The position numbers and the translations under genes are program-made. The notes beneath the pieces are model-generated. The model was given only the letters and a program-made list of their open reading frames with translations, made no database searches and was not told where the DNA came from. From Dudresnaya verticillata (taxonomy: Eukaryota), in NCBI GenBank assembly GCA_977862235.1, contig OZ374559.1, positions 1,798,001-1,862,000 of the forward strand: DNA of 64,000 nt. Direction: 5' to 3'. Within the stretch, counting starts at the first letter, position 1, and each line of letters begins with the position of its first letter. Below, piece by piece: positions 22,694-33,616 of this stretch.

Positions 22694-23548
22694 ATGCCGC
22701 GGTTCATGAACATTCCGAAGATCCCCGACTGTGATGACCCGGATAAGCAGGGAGCATTTGCACCGCCTCCAGCATATGTCCGACCTGATCCTGGAACAGT
22801 GTGGGCAAAAGACTGGGGGATGTCTGACGAGTTTAGCAAGGTTGGCGGCATATGGCTACGCCGCAACAGATGGTTGTTGTACAACCCAAACTGGATAGGT
22901 CGGGGTCGAGGGTTCTTCCAGAGGCGCAATACTTTCGTGGAGAAAGGGTCGTTGTTCTTGACCAGTCGCGAGGAAAAGCCGGACGACGAGTTCCTGCGCA
23001 GCAACCGCAATCGTGGTGTCGGTAACCGCAAGTTCTCCACCGGCTTTGTTAGAAGCAAAGCCAGAAGGCAGTACGGGTACTTTGAGATCAGCTGCAAGAT
23101 GATGGATAGCGCTATTAGCTCTGCCTTCTGGTTCGCGCACGACAAAAACTTTGAGATTGATGTGTTTGAGTACTCCACCAGCGCGAAGGGACACAGCAGT
23201 GGCAAGCCGTTCAGCAACCTTTTCATGATGAACACGCACACTTTCACAGGACCGAATCGTTCCATTGACACGGCTGATCCGTCCGAAGTTGATGTTGGGC
23301 GTGACCTGAGTAAGGAGAAGATCAAGGTAGGCATTCTGTGGAAGAAGGACTACATCACATGGTACCTCAACGATGTCGAGGTCAGGAAGAGCAAAAACAC
23401 CTCCTGGCACTTTCCTCTTCACCTTCAATTTGACTCTGAGGTTTTCAAGAACTGGTTTGGTGAGCCTGGCGACTACGAAGCGAGCAAGCTCCCGAACAAG
23501 TTTGAGATCTACTACTGCAGGAGCTACATGATGGTACCTCGATCGTAA
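22694..23548 (+). CDS. Glycoside hydrolase family 16 (galactanase-like: porphyranase/agarase/carrageenase group)
   Basis: MSDEF, YGYFEISCK...SSAFW, catalytic EIDVFE, W...ITWYLND, FDSE..W.G, F.IYYCRSY. Confidence 0.9.
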   Translation: MPRFMNIPKIPDCDDPDKQGAFAPPPAYVRPDPGTVWAKDWGMSDEFSKVGGIWLRRNRWLLYNPNWIGRGRGFFQRRNTFVEKGSLFLTSREEKPDDEFLRSNRNRGVGNRKFSTGFVRSKARRQYGYFEISCKMMDSAISSAFWFAHDKNFEIDVFEYSTSAKGHSSGKPFSNLFMMNTHTFTGPNRSIDTADPSEVDVGRDLSKEKIKVGILWKKDYITWYLNDVEVRKSKNTSWHFPLHLQFDSEVFKNWFGEPGDYEASKLPNKFEIYYCRSYMMVPRS

Positions 23549-25607
23549 ATTCTATGGTATTCCCATGGCTGCAGTCTCAACGATATGCGTCACGCATAAT
23601 GCGTGCCGAGTTTCCCTACTAATGAAGTAATTGAATAAAGAAAGCCATGGAGACATCTTCGCGCGCCGCTTTATTTAATATCAACGCGCGAACGCAAAAA
23701 CATCTTCGGAATAATTGTTTCGAGTGAGCTATGCTTCTGAATGCACCTAAAGTTTTTGTTCCCACTTTTGTTCCCAACCACTTTGAATCTTGCAGATATA
23801 CATGGTTCTCAACTAATATTATTGCCGCCTCCTGTTTTTATATATTGTAATATGGGTGTTCAGTACCATGTGCCAAAATAGGTGCAGGAGAAAATATGCA
23901 ACTCAAGACATGAAACAAAATTTCTGCATCTAAGCCATGAGAAAGGTTTTGTTCGCTATTCCTCAGATTATTTTCTCTATATGTAGTAGGGTTGATTTTA
24001 GAGATTCACAACACGAGAAAATGAATTAGGTGTTATCGAGTTGAGCTACTTGAATACAAAAGAAAGGATAAATTCAATATCTCATTCTGACTGTAAAAAG
24101 AGGTCTGCTCACACAGATCATCTGACCGCCCTTTTGTTTGCTGTTCACGTATTTTGCTCGTCCTGTTTTAGGGGGGTCAGCATACCTAGAACGAGCAGCA
24201 GTATTAAGTTCATTATCTGATTGACTATGGCCGAGAAAATTCTGAACTTGCGAAATAAGGAGAGAAGAGAGAAGCAGAACAGATGTTCAGGTATCCCGCA
24301 ACATTTGCTACCAAGAATCAAAAGTAATTGCCGAGCAGAGTGGCACTTTGCGTGAAGATGGTGGTGACGAAGAAAAAAAATTAGTACACATCAATGACGG
24401 CTTGAAGCACTTGTCGTCAAAGCTTCTCTGGGCTGGGTTAGGATTTCTCTAAGAGTGTTGAGTGGAGTCTTCAAACAGCGTTACCGTACATATTTGTTCC
24501 GGCAGTCATCAGGATTTCTACACGACCCACACGGCACACGTCATGCCCATAAAAATTCGAAGCAGGCGAAGGAGATCAGCAGACGAAAACAAGCATTGGA
24601 GGGCAGGCATGGCGTGGAAGATTGGGCTGCCACGTTACTACAACCTCGACTCCCGCCAAGAAGGTAGAAAGTGGCGAGAGTTGTGGAGCAATGGCAGAGC
24701 GATGGTTGAGCGAGAGCGTAGTGGCAAGCTAGGGGTGGGGCGGGGTGACACAACGACATGATGGTAGGGCTTCATCTCAGCTAACGTGGAGGGTTGTTGG
24801 ACTTGGCGAGGACCTCGATTTTGGACAAGAGTACAGCAATGGTTTTTGGTGTGAGCCGCTGCGATACCGATACTGACGTGCCGTGCGACGGGTTTTGTGT
24901 TCGGGACGAGGTGGGAAAGCGACACTGCGGTACTCCCATGGACCGTGCATGATCCACGTCGTGCGGGGAGAAAGAGAGGTGTTTAATTGGGGCTGTGCGC
25001 AGTACATTGGGTTTGGAGAAGTGGCGGCGTGTTTGTTGGGCTTGTGGAAGTATTGCTATTGACGAAGATATGTTAAGTCAACGGAGCAGTGCAGCGTTGC
25101 GAGAAAACGATTGCGGCGACGTAAAGAAGAAGATCGAGACGGCTGACGGCTGCGCGTACAGTGCTGCCATCTCTGTACCTTCGCGAGTCGTTTTGCAACG
25201 CGCGCAACGAAGCGATTGGACAGCCGCACTGCGCAGACCGACAGCGATGTCCCACTTTGATTGCCGTAACGCGCCGACCGCATTCTTACGCCGCCGCCGC
25301 CGCCACAACAGATCGGACAAGTCTATCGCGGAACGCAAACAGCTCCCTTCCCTCACCCCCACACCCACCAAGCCATGACGCACCTTCTCCATGACACCCC
25401 CTCATGGACGCCCTGCCCCACCGCGTCGCCTCGTCCCCGTCCTCTTCCGCCCTCCTCCGCCGCCGCGCCATGTCTCTTCCCGCCGCCGCGCCTCTCCGCA
25501 CCAACCTAGCCCATCCTCGCGCACCCGCCGCCCCACCATATTAACGCGGACCCCCGCGCGTCCGCACAACCGCCCCGCCGCATCTCCCCCGCCGCCCACA
25601 TCCCACC

Positions 25608-27173
25608 ATGCTCGCCTCGAAGCGCCCGCTCCACCCCGCCCTGCCTCTGCCGCTGCTGCTGCTGCTGCTGCTGCCGCCGCTGCTCGTGCTGCCACTCTGC
25701 GCCGCCAAGCACGTGCGCCGGTCCGGTCCGGCCGCGCGCCTGCACGGCACGGCCGTGGTCGACGCGTACTGGGACTCGTCCGCGGCCGCGCGCAAGCAGG
25801 TGCGCTGGAGCGCAGACCTGCTCGCCGACGTCGTCACGTGGTACGACCTGGCCAGAGACCGCGTCCGCATCGCGTCCTGCTCGCGCGCGCACGTCCAGCT
25901 GGCCGGCGCGCAGATTGACCGCGCGGATTACCGCCCGGGCGTCGTGTTCGTCATCGACCTCGAAGACTGGCAGAGCTCGTGCGCCACGCCGCCCGAGCAG
26001 AGGGGTGTCCCGGTCGAGGATGATGTCTTGTTTTACCGCATTGTCAGTGTTGATGACGACGCGCCTGAAGGGAGTGTCCGCTTCGGCGTCACCCGCATTT
26101 CTGGGAAGACTGTTGTGCCCGAAGTTATCCTCGATGTTGGCGAAGGACAGGGCAAGTCTGCTGATGGCGCAATGCCTGGGGAGTTCACCATCTTCGAAGG
26201 TGATGACACTACAGCGAGACAAGCCCAAGTCGTTCCTACTGCCTCTCGTTCCACAAGCAATCTGAAGAGCAACTCGACATTAACAGACGGTGTCAACCTC
26301 GACTTCAGCGCCGGCGTGGGTGCCAGTATCACATCATTTAAGCTGACCCGGCTCATTGGCTTGCGCTTCACATGGATCCAGCGGCTCGAGGCTGAAGCCA
26401 CCGCCACCTTCTCCGTCACCAAGGAGCGAGAAGTCACGAGAACTGGCCGACTGCTGAAGGTTCCCGTTCCAGGGTTTGGCTTCAGGACCCGCAGAATCCC
26501 ATTTGTGGGCCGCGCCTCTGCTGGCGCGTTCGTGCGAGTCGACTGGGTACTCGAGTTGAACGCGCAGACGACCATTGCAGCCGGGTTTGACGTCCGGCGC
26601 GAGATTCGTCAGCGCGTTAACGCCAGAGTGTTTCCGCCGAGGTTCGACACGACCAACCTCTCACCGCTTGAGCGCAATCGGCAGACATCCAGCCTTGAGT
26701 TCGGGGTCGCCGCGGAGGCAACCGTGAACGGATTTGCCGGTGTGCGTCCGGCGCTCGCAGTGGAAGTTGCGCTTGGTTCCAAGAGCGCAGGCGGGAATAT
26801 CGGGGTGAAGGTCGGCCTCGAGTTGGACGCTGGAATCAAGACGCCGCCGTTCCCGGCTGTATCAGACGGAGGAGCCAAGATTGGAGTGTGCGAAGAATGC
26901 CATGCGCTGGAGGGCTCTCTCGGGATTCGCATCAAGGACTTGTCGCTGCAGCTGGAGGTGAACCGTAGGGTGACGCGCGAGATTGTTCTAATCGGGGAGA
27001 TTCTAGGTGTGAAGGTCGCGACGGTTTGCGGGATCCCGAAGGCGTGTGGAGGGATTCTTCCCGGAGGTTCTACTCCTTCTGCGTCTCCTTCGCCACGCGC
27101 TCTCGCGACGGCGCCCCCGATGGCGGTGGCAACTGCCACTGCGACGCCTGCGGTGACGCCCAGTCCGAGCTGA
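25608..27173 (+). CDS. Secreted beta-rich protein of unknown function with Pro/Ser/Thr tail
   Basis: Leu-rich signal peptide; 521-aa ORF with coding-like GC3 bias; C-terminal CEECH...C..C motif and PSASPSP/PSPS tail. Confidence 0.75.
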   Translation: MLASKRPLHPALPLPLLLLLLLPPLLVLPLCAAKHVRRSGPAARLHGTAVVDAYWDSSAAARKQVRWSADLLADVVTWYDLARDRVRIASCSRAHVQLAGAQIDRADYRPGVVFVIDLEDWQSSCATPPEQRGVPVEDDVLFYRIVSVDDDAPEGSVRFGVTRISGKTVVPEVILDVGEGQGKSADGAMPGEFTIFEGDDTTARQAQVVPTASRSTSNLKSNSTLTDGVNLDFSAGVGASITSFKLTRLIGLRFTWIQRLEAEATATFSVTKEREVTRTGRLLKVPVPGFGFRTRRIPFVGRASAGAFVRVDWVLELNAQTTIAAGFDVRREIRQRVNARVFPPRFDTTNLSPLERNRQTSSLEFGVAAEATVNGFAGVRPALAVEVALGSKSAGGNIGVKVGLELDAGIKTPPFPAVSDGGAKIGVCEECHALEGSLGIRIKDLSLQLEVNRRVTREIVLIGEILGVKVATVCGIPKACGGILPGGSTPSASPSPRALATAPPMAVATATATPAVTPSPS

Positions 27174-27452
27174 AAGCCGAATCCTCCTCGGGGCAGCTGC
27201 AGACGTTGTCGTCGAGACAGGAATTGCGGCCGTCGGCACAAATGCCGTGGGGCTCGACTGTTTAGGAGAGGTAGATGCACGCTACAACTGCGGCCTAACG
27301 AGATTTGCGGCGGGGCGTGTACTGACTGTGGAAAGTAGCACATTTGCCGGTGTGCTTCCTATGAGCCATCGTCGCTCGCGCAAGACCAAGTTAAACAAAC
27401 ATTGGAATCGAACATCACATTTGGCTAAGCTTCTCGACAGTGTTAGTAGCAT

Positions 27453-27610
27453 TTCTCCAATGCGTCGCGGTGACTGTCAATCGCCGCAAGGCTTGGTGGA
27501 GCTAGCTTGCGGCGCAAGCTAGCTCCACCAACTCTTTTCGTTAGCTCTGATTCCTAAGCGCCCTTAGAGGTCTTCTCTCTTGCTCTTCAATAAAGGTCTC
27601 TCTCTCTCTC
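27453..27610 (+). mobile_element. Short diverged 3'-terminal fragment of the retrotransposon, with an internal fold-back
   Basis: Matches about 5006-5140 (TTCTCCAATGCGTCGCGGTGA...AATAAAGGTCTCTCTC). Confidence 0.9.
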
Positions 27611-30600
27611 TTAAGTCAATAGCGCTATCTGTAAAATGGGTGGCGGCAGATGGGTTAACGCGTTAAATGACAGCGATGCTGGTCGACGACTACACGGCTC
27701 TATGTACAGACAGTGTTACATTCCTAGCAGATGTAAATCGGGTAAGTGCAAGACAAGCTGCTGCTGCATCTGCTGCAAGCAATGGTACACATTAGTACGG
27801 TTGGAAGTTCCACCGCCTCCTCGGAGGTGGCACTTATACCGCCTCCAAGTTGGAAGTGTATACCGCCTTGGAGAGCGCACTGTGCTCTCAGCGCAGCCAA
27901 AGAGCTCTTTGTCTTTGTAAAAATAGAAGTCGTCTTTCTCGCTCTGCTTCTGTACACACATATGTGGTATACATGTATAATGTGTTATCTTTAGAGTTGT
28001 GCCGCATTATTACACTCGGTGTATTTACATGTATGTATATAGCGAGTATCTGTCAATGTATATTATGTACATGTTGGATTCGAAAGGATATTATACTAGT
28101 TCAAAAAAAAACTTTGTCACTTTGTGCAGACGACAAGACATCGTTCGCAATGCGAAAGCACGGATCAGTATACCCAACCCGCCTTCCCGGGAGAGCTTCT
28201 CAACAAATGCCCCATAAAATGATGCTGAATACTCGCAGTGAGCCATTCACCAAAAAGAGTTCAGCTGTAATAGTTGCAGATAACAGCACTGCTTCCATAT
28301 TGTACAAGTAATAATGTGAACATTTTATATTGAGTACAAAACTGTTTCTGCATTCTTGTTGCTTCAAAAACCCGCTCAACCTGAGCCGATCTTAATGGCA
28401 CAAACTGAAGGAGCCCATGTTGAAGGGAGAAGGGAAGCTCTATCAAAGATAAGGCCCAAGAGATATCTTTGTTTCAAACCGGCTCTGCACGTAACTCACA
28501 TTCAAAGTATTACATTGCTATCGAACCCCGCTATGCCTTGCTCCCGCAGCAGCACTCTGTTGCACAAACTAAATGACACCACATTCGGACAAACCCGCCC
28601 GCATGCGCACGAACCTGCCAGCAATTCACGCGAGCTCTTGCGTGCTTCAGAAAGATTATTCTCGCCACCGCCTACACAGCAGGAAGGCGGCATCGGCAAT
28701 CCTCAACCGCACATGCAAATTTGCGTCTGTGCTCTTGCTACTTGAGTATGTGACGCATGTTCCACCTGCGCAAATTCCAAACGTACTCTGCACTCACTTG
28801 GCAAAGTGGACATCTTTTCGGCCCGCCGCACTGCGCTGCTTCGTTGACCTGAAGCGGGTCAGCAGGCCTCATGATCGTCTAGAGAGTTAGACGTGCAACG
28901 TTTTGCAGCTACAGTGTTCTATTTGCGTGAAAAGCAGTTGTAGCCTTCCCGAGGCAACACAAGCCTCATGAGTTCCGAACTCACTCTACCGGGAGTTTAG
29001 ATATTGTTCAGTTGGCCATAGCCATTGTGCACATCCTTGTCCGATGGATGGAAAGTCCTACCGAATGGGTTTTGGTTAGACAAGAGCGTTGTACCTGGGA
29101 TATTCACGTCCGACACAATTACATCGAGCGAGCAGAGTTCGTTCGCTCGTAATGCTCTGCCTCAAAGGCTATTTTCTATCACACTGTGCCCATGTGTGTA
29201 TATATATATATATAAACGTATTCGTATCACAAAAAATCTGTATCAACTTGCCCTTGACGTGACGTTCAGTTTGCCATAGTATCTGAACTTCCTAAAAGCA
29301 AAAGCAATCCATTAAAGCTAGGGGGAACCTACTCTCGAAATACAATGAATATACAGAATACTTGCAGCAGCCTCGATGCTAATATTCATACCAAACTTGC
29401 AAGCATTGACGGCTTTGAGGCTTCTTTCAACCCATCACCTTTTTACACGCTTTTCTTGCTGTCTATAGTCACGTCCTTCGGGATGTTGATCGCTACCCGG
29501 CATAGTACTGCGGCAGCACCCCCTCGGATGAAATTGGTGTGCTGAGTGTCCGCTGTATCTCTCATCTGCTATGCTATCAGTGGTCAGCTATTAACTGTCC
29601 TCGTCTTACCCTCTCTCTAGCAACTATATTCTCTACGATGACCTACACCTCTCTTCATATTCTGCATAAAAGTTCCTCTCTCTCCTTTTTCCGTTTTCTT
29701 TCTTTCAACGCATCAGCCATCTCATCTTCATCATCATCACCATCATAACTTCATTCAAGCAACCATCTTGCGCCCGTGGATAACTTGTGGCTACGAAGAT
29801 ACGCGCTGACCTTGTCTTTGCCAACCCGATTGTCAAAAACTTACAATTCATTTTACGTACAGAGCAGTACATTGCGGCGACTGTCCACTCGCTTACTCAG
29901 AGCGTAGGAATATAACAATTCAGTCCTCAAACAATTGCTTTTATTCCTCTGCTAGATTCACGCTATCAAACAAATCACCTTCATAAATGCCTTCCGCCTA
30001 TACCTGGGTATGATAACCGTATCCAGATATGGCCATGATATGGTCGCCATGTACATAGATGTGAAGTAAGCAGTAATGCTTCACTTTCGGAATTGTTACA
30101 CATATATTCTTCCTTCTGTACTGAACCTTTGATGACATTCTAAAAGCGCATTTGCAAACTTGCCCACGGATCGATGTAACGTTGGTTTTACCTCCAGCAA
30201 CACCTGGCCTTAATAAGCTGATAGTGCGAAGGAGGCAAATTCTAATTGAGTATTGGTCAAGAATTTCTTTGCATGCATAGAGTTTAGTCTCTCTTGATCA
30301 AGAACAGCAATACTCACAATATGGTCTGTACTGAAAGCTGGTACTACAAAAAGTGGCATCCGTCCTATAATCTCGTCTTCACCTTTGGCAACGTGGAATT
30401 GCAATCGTGGTATGCATTAATGGATAGAACTATCTGAGATATTCTATCTCTCGCAAGAGCTACTCTTCTTTCTTTATCCTATGTATTCCTCAAATTGTTG
30501 TACGAAGCTGACTGAAACATTGTCAGATCCTTCCCGAGTCAAAGACGGCTCTTCGACAGTATCATATCATCATCAAAACTTGTCGATAATAGTAATCAAT

Positions 30601-31703
30601 ACGTACTACTGTATCGAGAATGCACTTGCAATTTGAGTTGTCGATGCCGCAGCGCATTTGCAAGTGACTCTTAAGTCACCTCATAGAGCTAATCATTCTT
30701 GCAATAGGGTGCTATTTAGCTTCACCCGAACCTTGCAAAGGAGTGTTTACAGCAGTTTCATCGGAACTACCCAAAGAGGAAACCCACAATTGGAGCGGAT
30801 ATTCGCATAAATTCCTAGTTGAACTATGAATTGGCACTGCCTTTCGCTGAGATGGACCAGCAGATCAGCGCCCCCATTATTACATTGAATGAATGGTGCA
30901 GATACTCAGATTGCTGTCTGTAGAGAGTAACTGTTACACGTCCCGTCTCTCCATGAATCACTGGAGAGTTTGAAGCAGTACGCAGAAAACATAAACGACC
31001 ATTGTGTGTTTCAACGCTCTTATCGGTAGTACTGCCTGCATTTAGCAGTGACGAGGACTGTTCCAAAACAAAAAAGTTGACGTGAGGTGTACCTGGAGCC
31101 CATGAAAGTGGGGGGAGATGCACTTTATTCAGCGAGATGCACGCCCACGAAAATATACTATACTTTCTCCTCATAGTTCGCTCAGGCCATCTCGGGTCCG
31201 AGCTTGTCATGATGTGGCCCTCATCTTTCCAACAAATAGTTCTCTACATCATGTCGCTGCCCATGCAAACATAGAGCCAGTTTACAGTTCTTGAAACTGT
31301 GAATAAGTCTACTGTTATTCCATGAAGAGAGAGATGCACATTATTTAGCGCGATACTCCATTAAAGGATTTTCTGTTATGACATCTCAAGCAACATTGTT
31401 GCAACGTTGTGGCAAAAGGCATTCGGCCTCGATGTCTGCAATGTGGTGGGAACGTTTCGTAAACAGGACCTGCCCCTCAAAGCGGCTCTGGTAGTCTTAG
31501 GAGAGACAGATACAACACCTATGTTGTGTGTTTAGTTCCAGCACACATGGTACAAAAGCGCCGCGATGGAAAGGAGTAATCTCATGACTCTTCCTGCCTT
31601 GGAAGGTAACGAGCTGTGAGCGAACTCGGTGCAACGGAACTTTCAGACTTCCTACTAGGGACGAAAAGGCAGACATCCACATTTACAACGTTGCAAGTAC
31701 AGG

Positions 31704-32705
31704 ATGAAGGGGAGCAAGGCTATGTTTTCGCGAGCTGTAACATGCATCTTCATTTTGGCTGCGATCAACTCCATGCCAACCTCGGCCCGACCCACGGGCA
31801 AACCCAAGTTTTTAGTACGTGATGCCTCATCTTCAACATGTGGTGGCTTCTGTGCCTTTCGGTTCTGCCAGGGGGATGGGGAGAACGCAATCATGGATGT
31901 GGGTCCGACAATAGCCTTGCGAGAGGCAAATGTGGCTGGAACGCCGTACATCTGTCGCAAAATCTTCTCCCAAAACGGAACGGTGTTCAACAGCTCTCTC
32001 ACTCCCTACCTTGCAAGTCAGCCAAGGATTTCGGGCGCTGGACGGCCGTATCCTCCAACGATTATTCCTATGCATTGGTATCGACCGCCGGGTCTAACCA
32101 AGCCATTTTCGAAAAAGTACTTCTATATCAGCAAAGTCCAAAGCTCGTCCCGACCGAGAGCGTATAGCGTTGCTCGGCGGGAGAGTATGGAAAACCAGGA
32201 GGACTTTGTTGACGACCTTTGTGTTATTCTTCCAATTCGCAAATACGTGCTATACAAGGCGAATGGAAGGTACGACAGAAAAGAACGAAGCAGCTTTAAG
32301 CCAGAAGATTGCATCTCTTTCAGAACGTCCTCGCGATCACTGTTCATAGAATTTAGCTGGGATACATCAGATGACTTTGACATTCACGTTAAGGAACCAA
32401 GTCGTGAAAGAATTTGGTACGGGAACCCAGTCTCCCGAACAGGAGGTAGACTGATTCAAGATAACAACTTCAACATGTGCGGGAAGCAGTCTGGAGGGGA
32501 GGAGAAAGTGAAGTGGTTCGGGAGCGGTGCCAATCCCTCGAGAGGGGAATATCGGATCGATGTGAAGCACTATTATAATTGCGGGAGCGGGGCTTCCAAC
32601 TGGAGTCTCAAAGTGGTAGGCGATGGAAGGAGAGTGCTGCATCAGCAAGGAAGTTCAAACGGCGGGACAAACAGCATTGCCGTTACTGTTTACTTTACAT
32701 ATTAG
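31704..32705 (+). CDS. Secreted protein with C-terminal YfaP/DUF2135-like domain
   Basis: Hydrophobic N-terminus; LFIEFSWDTSDDFDIHVKEPS..IWY.N...GG.L.QDNN...G.E....GEYRIDVKHY pattern. Confidence 0.7.
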   Translation: MKGSKAMFSRAVTCIFILAAINSMPTSARPTGKPKFLVRDASSSTCGGFCAFRFCQGDGENAIMDVGPTIALREANVAGTPYICRKIFSQNGTVFNSSLTPYLASQPRISGAGRPYPPTIIPMHWYRPPGLTKPFSKKYFYISKVQSSSRPRAYSVARRESMENQEDFVDDLCVILPIRKYVLYKANGRYDRKERSSFKPEDCISFRTSSRSLFIEFSWDTSDDFDIHVKEPSRERIWYGNPVSRTGGRLIQDNNFNMCGKQSGGEEKVKWFGSGANPSRGEYRIDVKHYYNCGSGASNWSLKVVGDGRRVLHQQGSSNGGTNSIAVTVYFTY

Positions 32706-33616
32706 CCCTGACAGAGCGGCTGCTGCAGAACGCACATGTTGGCGGCGAAAATTGGATATCTTTGCGTTGTGGAAGTTTATGTAAATGCTGACAGGCATCT
32801 CGCTTGCGATGGCCTTGTGCACAAAGAACAAGCAGTGTAACACGAACGGTGAATTACATGAGAATGACACCTGGTGGGATCTGTTGCAGATGCAGCGATG
32901 CGGTATTGGCGATTATGAGAATTGATGCGGTTCCTTCATTTCCCATTACGTTTCCACTTGGAAAGTTTTCCGCAACGCTTGACAGTAACGTCTAGCGCTT
33001 GGTCGAGAACAGCCGCCAGAGCAGACTGTTTGCACTTGCCGGATGGCAATAAAGCGTATTTCTATCCTTCCAGTACATGTATCATCCCCAATGACAATAG
33101 CCCGAACAAGCGGGCTTCATTTGATTCGGATACTCGGAGAGCTGTGTCCAAGAACTAAGTAGAGGCGATTTTGCATAGGGACAGTGAGGAGTACTCTAAC
33201 ACACATTAGTGATGACATGCGCCTGAGGTGCGATGATGTACGGATTTGCCTCGGCCATGCCCGGTGGACAGATGGTAGCGTTTCATTGGGCACCGCCGGC
33301 CTAGATCGAATCCCATTGGCTCAGCCATACTGTACAATAATAACACAAAACTTGCAACCGACTGACTATTCACCACACCGGTCATCGCAAGCGCCCTTCG
33401 AGCTCATCCACGCCGCCGTTCTCACTCGTCTCGCCTCCTCCCTTTCCGGAGCAAGCGACAAAACCTCGGCATGCCGTACCACCTCAATATACATCGAGCA
33501 TACAACACTGCCTGCCGCACAGTCAACGTCCGTCTCGCACGAGCCTTGCGAAATGGCCGCGCTGCATCGCCGCCATGTCTATCAATACGCCCCACACTAC
33601 CTATCCTCATGCACAC

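Noticed and set aside
27440..27625. TSD for the short retroelement fragment
   Set aside because: No convincing direct repeat on both flanks.
27724..28311. Cys/Tyr-rich short ORFs
   Set aside because: Arise from TA/TG-rich low-complexity intergenic sequence.
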